A stretch of 38,135 nt of DNA. It comes from Acanthaster planci (Eukaryota). The stretch is from the NCBI RefSeq assembly GCF_001949145.1, contig NW_019091355.1, forward strand, positions 4,661,374-4,699,508. Reading direction: 5' to 3'. A program made the position numbers and the translations under genes. The notes under the pieces were generated by a model that was not told the DNA's origin, ran no database searches, and saw nothing but the letters and a program-made list of their open reading frames with translations. This document shows positions 1-13,200 of the stretch, one piece after another. Every line of letters starts with the position of its first letter. Position 1 is the stretch's first letter.

Positions 1-212
1 CCCGTGAGTGTGTTCAGGACTGTCAGTTTCTCAGAAAATATTCAGCTCTCTATAACCAAAACCAGCATAACAGAGAGTACAGCAGGTCAGTTCAAGAAAG
101 TATGGAAGTGAACATACGGTGAGAAGTGAGCAATCTAACATGTCTAACGCTTTTGGCCTGCTTCATGGAATAAATTTTGAAAACAGGTTGTGTGAAGCGT
201 TAGAGAAATATT

Positions 213-620
213 TTTATTTATTTATTTATTTATTCTGATATCCAATTGCGGAGATCCGCCACTTACAGGTAGGGCCTATCATGGAAAACAAAACAAAAAC
301 AACTAAAAACAAAAACGGACTTACAGGTAAAAAAAAAGGGACAAATCCAAATTAACTCGTAAATAAATAAATAATTGTATAAACACAAACTTGAGCAAAT
401 ACATACATTTAAGTTAGGTTAATTCAGTGTAAAACTGGCTAAACCTGTGGCAGTTTACATGTACATAGTTGAGTTATGAGTGCAAAGAACTTCTGTAAAT
501 CTCTGTACGGAACTGGTTCTTTCCTTGGTTCTTTCCTTTGAGTTTTCTGTGTCTGTTATCAGTAGTGGAGCGTTTGAAGTGCCTATTATAACATCACTGG
601 GTCAGTTAGTAGTGATACTT
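213..620 (-). mobile_element. Possible decayed LINE 3' end
   Basis: Minus strand ends in an (AATA)n tail at 213-234. An upstream frame reads ...FKRSTTDNRHRKLKGKNQ(GKNQ)FRTEIYRSS, loosely like CR1/L2-clade ORF2 C-termini. A 12-bp tandem duplication GGTTCTTTCCTT sits at 515-538. Confidence 0.25.
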
Positions 621-894
621 AACGTTAGTTTTGTTAAACCGGATCGAGCTACTTTTAGTACTTGTGAAGTGCTGACAACATCCAGTTAGGAAATGAAAAT
701 CAAATTGTTAGCAGTGATACAGATGTTGCTACTGAAGCAGATATGATGTCTTAGCTGGAAGCAGACCTGTAGTTTCTTAACTCGCTTATGTCTTGATTAG
801 GCCTACTAATAATATTATCTAACTTATCTATGTATTACACATAATTAAAATCCACATGTAATTCTGTTATAAATGATGTCAATATGGAAATAAA

Positions 895-1013
895 TGTTGT
901 TGCATCGTGTTGCGTTGCATTGCATTGTGTTGCGTTGCATTGTGTTGTGTTGCATTGCGTTGCATTGTGTTGCATTGCATGGCATTGCATTGCATTGCGT
1001 TGCGTTGCATTGC
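895..1013. repeat. Pentanucleotide microsatellite (TGCAT/TGCGT/TGTGT)n
   Basis: About 23 five-base units read directly. Confidence 0.95.
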
Positions 1014-1153
1014 TTGATGTGAATACCTGGTAAAATAAAAATAAGCATCATTCACATTTGAAGGGGTTTTTCCACAGACTGGAGATATGCACATAGTGCT
1101 TGTTTTGTACTGCCCAAACCACACCGATATTTTTCTTCTCTTTATTTTTTCAG

Positions 1154-1298
1154 GAAAATGGCCACTAGCAAGTTTGAGCCCACCGATGCGCGTCGCGCAT
1201 TCCCATGTTTCGATGAGCCTAACTTGAAGGCTAATTTTACCACCTCACTAGTGCGACCACAGACCCCTTACATTGCCCTCTCCAATATGAATGAAGTT
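1154..1298 (+). CDS. ENPEP: Aminopeptidase exon ([48 protein letters not shown])
   Basis: ttttcag acceptor at 1153, gtaagt donor at 1299; conserved M1 N-terminal domain motif. Confidence 0.93.
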
Positions 1299-4200
1299 GT
1301 AAGTGTTACAGTTCCCGTAAATCAAGAAAGGAGTAAGCCTAGTGTCTAGAACAACAAATGATCAGTTTTGATAACTGCTGTTTTGTCTCCTGTAGTCTAT
1401 TCTATCGCAACTCCTGTTTCTTTGTATCAGAAGATACCGCAGATCCCTTTATTGTTTAAAGTTTACATCCCCCCAATAGATTGCTCAAAATTGTTGGAAG
1501 ATGTTGAGAGATACATGGAAAGACAACTGATCACAGCTCCAACAAACTTTAACTTTTTCTAGTCTTTAAGCAGAGAGCTTTACAAAAAATACAGAACAAC
1601 TACTTTCATATATTTGGCCAGACTGTCTTGGTTGTAAAGTCCTCCAGAATATTTTTATATAGCCTTGTAGTTGCTGGAGTTCATAGTTTCAAATCTTTTC
1701 ATATCTATTCCACTCACACAGTCAGATGTACCAGTTTTGCAGATATGTTGAAGGTGTTTTGTGGTGCCCACTCCACAGAATATCCCAAAGCATTTCTCAG
1801 CACGCCTCAAATGAAGTTTGTATTTCTTGTTTTTTTTTCTTTTTCTTCCCCCTTTTCTGTGGCACAAACTAGAGTTCAACCCCTTATCTCAGCACAAACA
1901 TGATCAAGACAGACTTTGCCCCCTCTGTGAAGATGAGCACATACTTGGCTTGCTTCATCGTCTGTGATTTCGAATTCAAGGAGTCATTCCTAAAGAGTGG
2001 CATTCCAGTAAGTTTGACAGACAGCCTAGGCTTCTTTTTGTTTTAAGGGTTACAACAGCATAACTGGATCTGCAATTTTGAAATTATTGAATGCTAATCT
2101 CACAGTATATCAGCTATGTTTGGAACAAAGTTCCTGAGTCCTTTCACCACAACAATTGCTATATCTTTCACAGTTCTGTGTGCGGGTGGACTCAGAACGA
2201 AAGACTTGGGAGCAAATATTGTTAATGCGTTTCTAGATCCTTCAGAGTTTTGATGCTAAATTTAGGGGCGTTTTACATGCTTTGAAAAGGAAGGAAAATG
2301 AACGACAATCCTGACCAAATCTCATTGGGCTCCCCCCCATCCCCAAACCCCTCTGCATGCTGGATCCCAAAGTGCGTGTGGTCTGTAGTCCTGCTTGAGA
2401 TGGAAACAGTGACCGGGGGATTGGGGTACCTGGCGAGGGTATGGCAATTGATACATGTCCCAACACCTTTGGTCAGGATTGTAGTCCCCAACTGAAAAAA
2501 AGCCATTCTTTTTCCATAGGGCCATCCCTCTATTCCCCCTTGATCAGCCAGTGGCCCGGTATAAAGGGAGACTGGCCTCCAATCCTCATTATCTGCGAAG
2601 TCCTCTGGAACCTCTCAATCCGATATTAAGAAAATGGTTTTGTTAATGCCCGTGTTAATGCTAGTGTTTGAAAGTTAGAAAAGGTTGGAGCAGGATGAAA
2701 CATTTGACTCCTTTGCTAACTTTTCCCCCTAGTTCAGAGTCTACGCTCCACCTCATCAAATCGATCAAGTGGATTATGCCCTGGAGCTTGGTGTCAATGT
2801 CACCGATTATTATGAGGACTATTATGATCTGGCTTACCCGTTGCCGAAATTGGGTAAGTTAATTGACAGTTAATTTTGACACTTCCCCAAAAGGGGTGTT
2901 TTAAACAAAGGTTCAGTATTGTTACCCTGGACCAACTCCTGAGCCGTTCACACACCAGCGGAGGAGTTCTTAGACACTTTTCTCTGGTTTTGTGGGTGCT
3001 AGGCCGTTTGTTCTAGGAACCTTTTGCCAATGTAACTGCCTTCTTACAACACTCTAATGCATGATCGTCTTCTACGTATGCAGCCTCTGGCACTGGGTTT
3101 TCTTGACTGACTAGCAAGGGCCCCGCGATACCGCTCTACAGTTGATCCATGCTACTGCCCTCTGCCGGCCAACAAACAGTATATGGATTTTGAAAAAATC
3201 AAAGCAAAACATTGATTTAAATGCATGGATTTAAAAATTAAATGAAACAATATGAATTACTTTCAAACTTTGGGCTTCCAGCAAAAAACACTGGACCTTA
3301 GGATTGAAGTTTTACTTACTATAAGTCGGTGTTCATTTACATGATTTAATATGCATTTTGTGAGTTAAATTCGAATAAAATTTGGTACGCTGAGTTAACT
3401 GATTTCACATTAACATAGCAATTTAAATTCCTCCAACTGAAGTCACTGTTGTGACTCATGGCAAGCTCTTGCATAGTGACCACCATCTCTGGAAAGGTCT
3501 GGTTCCTTTGTGCCCTTCTTTTCCACTGAAAAGAGTGTATTGGTGCAAGGTTTCCCTTACTTAACTAAGCAAAAGCCTGCCTGGAATCACGAGGTATAGC
3601 AACAGTGTCATTAGTATGGAGAATTCAAAAAGAACTCAGTGTACCAGATTTTATTCAAATTTAACTCGGAAAAGGCTCAGTATACCCCTTCTGAGTACAG
3701 CAGTTAGTCACATGATCCTGAATGTCTTTCAGAGAATTGGTCTGTGCAGCGTGTTAATTGACAAACTGTTTTAGGCTCTAATCATCACCAGCCAATCATG
3801 TACAACTCAACGTCAACAACACCAATCACATCAGACTTATCTGACAGTCATAATTCCACTCTAGAATGCAGGTGGCTAGTGCATAAAGTGCCCGCCTCTG
3901 ACCGCTGCAGTCCTGGGTTCGATTCCCCTCCCCGGGCTATATGCGGGTAGAGCTGTTTGTTGATGCCCTCCTGTGCCAGATGTGTTCTTTTCTCTGGGTG
4001 CTTTGGTTGTCCTCGCTCTGCAGTAATCATCCCGTCTGATCTCATCTGGCTGTGCTCCATGATCAGATATGGGTCATTTGGCTCTTTAAACATGCCTTCA
4101 AGCATGACTACATTGTAACTTCGTCCTTCACAGTTCAACCTTACAGCACCTCCCAACAAAAAAAAAATAAAACAGGTTTTTGAGGTTTGAAAATTTCAGA

Positions 4201-7200
4201 AGTGTACCAACAGCCCAGGCATGGGAAGCAATGCAGTTATTACCAAATTCTGACCCTAGCTTCTCAACCCTGTGTCCCCTCTTCCCTGCAGACATGATAG
4301 CCATTCCAGACTTCACCTCGGGTGCTATGGAGCACTGGGGGCTGATCACCTACCGTGAGGTCTACCTGCTGTACTCAGAGACCGAATCCTCTGTCTCCAA
4401 CAAGCAGAGAATTGCTGAGGTCGTGGCCCATGAATTGGCCCACCAGGTGAGCCCCGACGTCAGCTCCCTCCACCAGAAAAATGAAAATAGCCTTCTTCTT
4501 TTTGCCCCAAGTCTCCTCACATGTTTCCCCATTTTTATCAAAACTCTGTGTGTCAGGGGTGAAATTTGTCAGTATGTTTCCTGATTTTGGGGATTTTTTA
4601 ATCAGGATTTTCCTGAGTTCGGATTTTTCAAACAATCTTGATCGTTAAACTCTGGAAAATCTTGATTTTACCATAAAGGTATTTTTACACTGAGCATAGG
4701 AAATGGGTATTTGAAGGGATGCCTTTAGACAAACACAAATGCATACCACAGACCCTACGTTGCCGTAGGGGCCCTCAAAATGTCTGTTGAGTATTTCAAG
4801 GATATTTCACTTTCCTCCATTATCACCCCTGGTTTTGTATTTTACTTGATAGGATGTTATTGTTTATCTGTCTGTTCTGAGTATTTACATTCTGGGTTTT
4901 TTTCTAAAGTGGTTTGGTAACATCGTGACAATGGATTGGTGGGATGATCTCTGGCTGAATGAGGGCTTTGCTAGCTACGTGGAGTACATTGGTGTGGATT
5001 ACTGCCATCCTGATTGGCAAAAGGTATTGAAGACGAAGCCCCCCCCCCCGTGACCCATGGTATGGTCAGGTGAAACATGAAATGAGCAGTGGCTTTCAGC
5101 TAAGTCCTTTACAAGTCAGCTCACAAGTCTCTTGAATCTTGCTGTGAGAGACCTAAAATGACACGGAACTGGATGCCTTGGTCACGGTTTGATAGCTTGA
5201 AACTTGGCTGGAATGCTTTCACTCATGAGGAATTTTTTAAGGGGTTTAGGAATTGAATGCAGTTTGGAACAGCAGACTCTACTGGCTCTGCCCAGTCCGA
5301 CCCCAACCTCATAACGGATACTTCTATCTCAGATGATTGCTAGTGCATGAGGAGTTAGTTACCTGAGCGGCGTGAAATTTGTGCACATGTGTAGGTATCG
5401 CCACCTTGCATTTCTATCAGGCCTTCTCCCGTCCCCTTCTCTTCCTGTGCAGATGTACCAATTCCTAAACCAGGACTTCTTCTACGTTATGGGTAACGAC
5501 CAGATCGTCAGCTCACATCCCATCATCGTGGACCTACAGAACCCAGATCAGATCAATGAAGTCTTTGATTCCATCCCGTATAGCAAGGTTTGTCGGAAAC
5601 TTACAGAGAATACACAAACTCAAAAGCAAACCCAATTCGACAAATTCCAGGTTGTAACAAATGCATGTCTTCTTCCTTTGTTATTTTTACAAAGGGTGCA
5701 AGCGTTCTTCGCATGTTGGATAGCATCGTTGGCACGGAAGCCTTCAAAACGGGTGTAGCGGTAAGACCTTCTGAATTTGATATTCAGAATATATAACAAA
5801 GTGTTGTGATTCTAGAACGATTGCAGTTTATGAAACTCAAGAATCTTCTGAAAAAACTGTAATTTTGACCTGCAAGTGCAGAATTCTCTGTTGTGTAAAA
5901 CATTTATGAAGTCATCAGATGCGTACTTTCAGCAGAACTAAGAGTGATTATTTCTGTGGGTTTTTTTCCAGACTTACCTGAAAAAGTATGAGTACCAAAA
6001 TGCTGTCAGTGATGATCTGTGGCGTGAAATTACAATTGTAAGTTCCGTTTTTTTTCCAACATTTATCAAATTTGGTCAACTTCAGATTTGATGATGATTT
6101 TTAGAACTCCTATTCGTCCTTGTTTCTTATGCCTCCAGTTTTGGAATTCCTGATACCTGTCAGAAACAAAAGACAATTTTGTTTGCCTAGACAGCCTAGT
6201 TGGGCAACCGGAATTAGAAGTCATTACTGCGGAGGGCATTAGGCTCACACACAGGTGGTTCTTGCGCTCTACATTCCTTTTTAGCCATTGGAGTGTCGCG
6301 ATTTGGCAAAAGAGCATGCGCCTTGTGTAAAACAAACACGTATGGTTTCCGCCACTGAAATATTGCCATCTCCTTAGATCACCCGACCCTTGGTCTACTT
6401 TGCGGGGAATTGCCCACGTGCCTGTAAATAGAAATTTAAAAGGAAGGATTTTTATGAAGGTAAAGGATTCAAAAACTGAAACTAGGGTTCTCAGATGTAG
6501 TTAGCCCCGCATTTAACAAGAAGTCATCCATTTATGTGAACGTTTCATTGTTCCAGATGTCTGAAAATCACAAAACAAAGAAGCGGCTGAGTAAATGATA
6601 GGATACGAATATTTGAACAAGGGATATGCTGATATAAGTAAAGGCAGTAAAACGAAGAAGGCATGAACGTAGAAAACTTGTGTGGACGCAACTTATCTAT
6701 CAATGATGGGAGTAACATGCGAAAGTCTTAACCATACATGCAGTATAAAGCCATCAGCTTTACATTACTTGACCTCAATCATATTGAAAGAAAACAAACG
6801 ATTTAAAGAGAAAAAAAGACACTGACATAAGCAGATAGGCAGCAGAACAAGCCTCTGAAGATTGTGGCTGCAGGACTAACATAGAAATGAGGAGATAGGG
6901 AGGTGAGATTTGGACATATGCCAGGCGTAGAAAGAGTCAAGCACTGATAACATGGGATTTCTGGACCCTTTGCCAGAAACTGAGAAGCATGCAAACCTGA
7001 AGTGTGTCTCCTGCCATGTAGAGGCTGATACATCAGCAACATTGCTTTCAATAAAGCTCATTATATAATTTTGTGTCCTTAGGCAAGCCAGCAAAGAGGG
7101 AACGATATCAACGTGAAGCACATCATGGATTCCTGGACCCTACAGATGGGTTTCCCTGTGGTGACCCTCACCAAGACAGACACCGGTTCAGGACTGGTGT

Positions 7201-10200
7201 TTAACGCCCGGCAGGAATGGTTCTTAATCGACCCTAATGCTGACAAAAGCCAAGATTTATATGGCAGTCCCTTCAAGTAAGTACTTCCTTCGAAATGCGC
7301 TTCGAAATATCGAAACTTAATTGCCGTTCAGGCGCCAAGCTTTATAGCCCTAAACAGTCCTGAATCCTTCGATTTCAATATGATGTACATACAACCTAGG
7401 GGGTTAGGGTTAATCGTATTACTGCCTGTCTGTAGTCATTTTGACCTGCCAAATGTCAGGTTGACATAGGCGGACTTTCTTTCATCACCTTTGGACTCTC
7501 TGAAGTTGGTTTAAATCCCAGCTAGCTTTCCATGTTTCATAGATGTTTTCCTCTCAAAAGCTGACCATTTCTTCATTGCAGCCTTGGAATAAGTCTCTTC
7601 TTCCATCGGCAAGCATGGGCGTTACACAAACTGTGTGCACATGGGAGCATAGGTTTAGCTACCTCAAATAAATAATGTAAAAAGTGAAGACCACTGAGGA
7701 AATTTTTATTACAATAACGACATTCTAAACATTAAAGCCTCAATTGGGAAAGAATCACAATTGGGAAACCAATGATTTTTCACAGTGAAAACATACAGCA
7801 TTTGTGTCAGATACCGTGGTGTCTGGACATTGCACACGTTGCCTTCAAAATTTGGAATGGATTATGGATGTGCAATGCAATTCTGAGTTACCATAGTAAG
7901 CACGGGCTTCTATTGTAAATACTTCAAGGCAAAGACAGTATAAAAGTTACTGAAAGACAAGACTTCATGCCAATAATTCGTAACAATAACTGCTGAATTG
8001 ATGTCCAGGTTTCAGTACTCTATATTTGTTCCAAATTCCGAAAAACCTCTCAGCTGACCGTTCAAATCATCTTTGTGGAGGTCTGTAGGTATCTCTCTCA
8101 TTTCATTCCAGTTATTTATACTATTCCTTTCCATCTCTATCGTTCCACTCACGCTTAGCTACACCTGGTATGTGCCACTTGATTTCTACTTTGAGACTGA
8201 TCCAGTGACTGTTGTGTCTGTGCATATGAACTACTCGGGAGGTATGCATGCATTGTTCATAGTCCATATTTTCCGGTAGCAACAGGCTTCATAAATTCTT
8301 TTGCAATAAGCTGGAATAGATCCTTTTCTTCCTCTTATCATCAAGCTGCCTGCTGGGCCTGGTGAAGGAGCTATGACCCATCCGAGCAGTTTAAGCCGTG
8401 TATCATGCGCTGTTAATGTCCCTTCCCAGTTTGGATTTGATTGTTAGCATGGACCCCAGTCTGTCGACACACAATGGCAAGTAGGGGTGCCACGCCCCCG
8501 ATTGTGTTCCCTTGCTCAGTTTCAACTACACCCATCATACCCGGCCCTCCTTTTTGACGCACCTCCCCTCCCTGGGCCAAGGCCAGCCTGCTGGAAATGG
8601 GGGGCTGTTTTGAATTACTGTGAAGTCAACCTCTGTGTGTCAAATGTACAATTGATTATGCATGAAAAGTGAAAAATTAAGATGAGTACTATGGAAGCAT
8701 TGTTTTAATAATAATCTGACCCCACTCACCCCACCCCCATTCTGACTATGGGCCCGCCCCCATTCCCCAACATAATACAACAAGGCATTCACTGACATCC
8801 CTGATGAAGAAAATGACTTTCCTCACCCAGAGAGACGCATAAAACCTGGATTTATTAGACTTGTTCTACGCTGCCTTGAGCAGAAGCACTCCCCCCGCCC
8901 ACATTGATGGGGAGTTCTCAGTTTGTTGGCAGCGACACAGCCGCAACGTGTGCATTTCATAGTCATTCATGAACAAGCTAAATGCAGTTCCCACCAAAGA
9001 TCCATCCATCTATATACATTGCTAGGAAATAACTGACATTCAGTGTACGTAACAGCTTCGCGTGATTTATTTGTCGCACACAGTTGCATTTAACAGAGCA
9101 TCCAGTGACAACGACAAATGGTACGTGGCTAACTACGGCGAGTATGGATTTTACCGCGTCAACTATGATCCAAATAACTGGAAGCTTCTAAGCAACCAGT
9201 TGGTTGCCAACCATTCTGTAAGTGCCAGTTCAACTGCCATGTGTCTATAGCAATCAAGGACAGTTTTGACACCAGTTGATATACCCAGCAAGAAATGAGA
9301 CCAAGGGGTACCCCCCCAACATGTCCAATCCTANNNNNNNNNNNNNNNNNNNNNNNNNNNNNNNNNNNNNNNNNNNNNNNNNNNNNNNNNNNNNNNNNNN
9401 NNNNNNNNNNNNNNNNNATATGCCAGTTGACCAGATTGACGTGTCTATAAACTGCCATGCTAGTGTTGCCGTTAGCTGAAGGTATTTTTGATCAAAGTGT
9501 TATCAATCATTGTAAGCACCAGTGTGTAAGGGGGGTGGCTCAAGTACAGGTGCAGCGGTACTTCAATCCCCTCCATTTTCAACTTCTATATTTTCTCAAA
9601 ATGCACCACATTTATTGTTTTGCCAATTTCAGCTCATTGACATCCGTGACAGGGCCGGCTTGTTGGATGATGCCTTTAACCTGGCCAGGTAGGAACATAT
9701 ACGCAGGCTTCCATCAGGATTCCTAAATGCATACTAAACCGAAAAATGTATTATACATACATGATATGTTATTATGTGATATTTTATTGTATAATGTTAC
9801 ATGTACAGCATTTGAAATATGAATATTTAATAAACTATTACATTTTGAAGTTTCCTTCAATACAATTTGTCACTTGCCAAGGCAGCAACTTTGATCTCAG
9901 TGTTACGACTGTCCACAGATCACCTTGCCTCCACGATTTTACTCTTACAACTCTAGATTGAGTTACACAGTAATAGAAATCTGTTTTCCTAGAATACAAA
10001 CACCCCATCCTCCTCTATCCATCTGTACTCACGCCCCTTGAAATTCCCTGCATAAGAACCAATCCTTCTCAAACTGACACTGTAGACCCATTCTTTTGGT
10101 CCTTCATACATTGCAGTAACTTTCTCAACCAAAGTCCAGCCCTGCTATGTTAAAAATAACTCTGTTTGTGGAATCTGATCTCACTGATTTTTAAACTGAT

Positions 10201-13200
10201 TTCCGTCTCCCTCTTGACCCGTAGAGCCGAGCTCATCAACTATGAAATCCCGCTAGACATGACCAAGTATTTGATTAATGAACTGGAATTCACACCATGG
10301 GATGCGGCCTATGACAGCATCATCTGGCTGCGAGAAATGCTGCGCTACCGACCTCTCTTTGCTAATCTCAGGGTACGTCGTTGAGATAATTTTGAGAGCA
10401 AACGTGGATGTGTGCATTTGATGTGATCAACCGGCGTTTGCTGTTTCTCGATCATGCTGCTCTGTCGGTCGGCTCTTGACGAAATCTTTGACTCTACGTC
10501 CCCACCATTTCTAACCAGTCTTCCACAGCTGTGAAAGAAATGATGATAGACTGACAGGGGTGTGACCAATAGATTTATCAAACAGGACCAACCGATAGCA
10601 CAACGCAATCAAGTGGTAGTGCTGCATGATCGAGCAGTGTGCGTCCAGTAGACATGCCCAACTTAGCAATTTCCTGTCCTTGTTCATCAATGTAGGCACC
10701 ACCTCAAGGGGCTATAGCTTGTGAAACTACCAGCATCTGGCTTTTAAAGTTTGTACCTCCGCATGTTTGAGCAGTCACCTGTTTCCTGATGCGACTTCCC
10801 GCCAACAAATCAAGCACATGCCAGCAGTGCTGTGATGTGCATGCCCAGAGGAATTTACAATTCCAGGAGAATTTCTGCATCGTTCACCGCAATTGACAAT
10901 TCCAGATCTTGATTTTTGTCATGATGGAATGCCCCTGAAATAGTTGTGGATTCCATTTTTTAAACGTGCAGCCAAATCAGTCCTAGAGATTCATCATGAT
11001 TTTGTTTTTTTCCCTTCAATTACAGAAATATTTCGCAGCGCAAGCAAAGCCAATGCTGGATAAACTGACCTGGAACGACCAGGGAACTCACATGGAAAAG
11101 TACGTTTGAATTTTCCTGCTGTTTCCTCGAGTGACCTTTCACCTCTGAAGATTTTAAAACAGAACTTTTGCAGAGTTTGCTTTGACAAGAGGGATTGCTC
11201 AACAAGGCAAATATGCACTTTACTTTTGGAACGTAAACAAAAACAAAAGACAATATAAGGGATAACGTAAGGGTTTAAAAATGGATGATAGAATTGTCCT
11301 GCCAAAGATAGCTGAGAGTCCAGGGGGACAACGTTATCCGCCCCGAGCTGAAGTGCACCCCCAATAGGCAAAAATAAAGACAGGTGGTTACAAGCGGGTT
11401 CTTGCACGCGTTCTGCGTGTACGCAAAGACCATACACGCCGGAATAAATTAGTTACGCGTACTCAGCGTGCTCTGTGTCAAACGCGCATATACTTGCGCA
11501 CCTCATGGCGTGCCTATGCGGTGAGAACCAAAAAAACACACGCCCTCGTTTGTACCGCTCGGAGCGGATAGGCCCCACTTCTGGAGGCCCATTGAGTTGT
11601 TATGGTGAAACAAATTAATAAGGAAAACAACAGTCATCACAGAGCCTTCCGGAAATATGTGATCAGGTCTGACAAAACGAGTCTTGAAGACCCAGATGTC
11701 AGTTACTTTGTTCCATTCTGCATTAGAAAGAGCAAACTCAGCTATTCATTTTGATTTCGTTTTGTATGACTCAAGTTTGGCATCCTGTCAAATCTTGATA
11801 GTATGTGGTTGAAAATTATGACGATGCCTGTGAAGTTACACCTTGCAAGATTCCTTTACAGGCCTGCAACTCAAAAGGGACTCTGGTGACTTGTAACTTG
11901 TGTAGTTAGGTTGGGTTAACTAAATGGCCACAGAGTTTAAGATAGAACACATCAACTAACAAACAACTGCTTCCAAACAAACTCAGAAGTTGTTGACATC
12001 GACAGTATCCTATTTTTTGGGAAAATCAACAACCATCCACTGCAATAAAGACAGACCCTTTTACCTTGAAATGAGAGTAGTGCCATTCAAAAAAAGTAAG
12101 CAGAAATCCCCCTCTGTTGGCATGGAAAATTGGAGACCTTTATGAAAACATACATTCATATTTAATATTTTCTTAAAAGCAAAAATCATCAGCACTGGCA
12201 TCAGGTCAAAATACATTAGATTTCTGCATTTTTAAATGTTTTTTTTGTTCTTAAGATTGAACATGCTGATGTTCTAATGGTTGATTTTTTGGGGGGGTTG
12301 CTTTCTTTTCATGCCAGGAAGCTGCGGAGTGATATCATCTACATGTCTTGCGGCTTTGGAGATTCTGACTGTTTGGAACAAGCTGTACTACGATTCACAA
12401 ATTACTTGAATGGACAAAGGTATGGTAGTTGCTCGGTGTGCGAAACTAGCTCTATATTTCCTGAAACTTTTGATTTTTTTTTTTTTATACAAGGGTCTTA
12501 CAAACCTTGATTATGGAAGAGCTGTTTATTTCTTGCTAGAGCGTATTAATTCGCAAGCTTATTCCTCTTGTTATCTCAGAACCAAGCATAACTCCAAAGA
12601 GGATCTCAGCGGCTTAAAACTGTGAGATTTCTTCCGCAATCCAGAGCCAGTTATGCCTATACACATACCTCAGCATTTTTTTGTCCTATAAAGAAATCGG
12701 ATATGTTGCCTTAATTAAAAAACAGTGGTGTGCTTTATTTAACTGAGGTTGATTGCCTCTGAAGGGCATGCAGAATAACCTCCAGCATTAGTGGGAGTCG
12801 AGCTCAGTGGTTATTAGGGTGTGCCTGATTCCTTGTCAGAGGATCAGGGGGTGCAAGTCCAGCTACTGGCCAAATTTGTATCCGTAGGCAAGCCACTTTA
12901 CCTCCACTTGCCTCTCTGCACCCAGAGGGAACAAATGGGTACCATCTCTAGCTGGGGAGCAACCTGCGATGGACCGGCATCACGTAATTCAACTGGAGAG
13001 TAGAAATATTCATAGCTGTCAGCTAAGCCCTGGAGATAGACGCAGGCCTGAAGGGTCACATTTTTGTCGCTGACATTTATAATCGGACATGTTGTCCTTT
13101 CTCTCCTACCCTCTCGGCAGTGTCCCCGTCAACATCAGGAGACAGGTCTACCGCTTTGGGATGGAGGAGACCGGAGACCAGGACGCCTGGGACTACCTGT

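Noticed and set aside
845..1124. Track ORFs with CNATQ/QRNAM repeats
   Set aside because: They are translations of the pentanucleotide microsatellite on the antisense strand of an intron.
1158..1160. ATG of MATSKFEPT as the peptidase start codon
   Set aside because: It lies 4 nt into an exon with a strong acceptor; the N-terminal anchor and first part of domain I are missing, so exon 1 is upstream of the window.
3868..3935. tRNA gene
   Set aside because: Has A/B boxes but no convincing cloverleaf, and continues into a SINE-like body and A tail.
6192..6425. Possible hAT-like MITE (ACAGCCTAGTTGGGCAA ... TTGCCCACGTGCCTGT)
   Set aside because: The inverted match is short and gapped with no TSD; too weak to call.
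7398..7413. Interstitial telomere
   Set aside because: Only about two TTAGGG-type units, embedded in a dispersed repeat.
11380..11570. CpG-rich patch as promoter or TIR element
   Set aside because: Weak inverted similarity at the ends, and no TSD or other promoter evidence; probably a repeat fragment.
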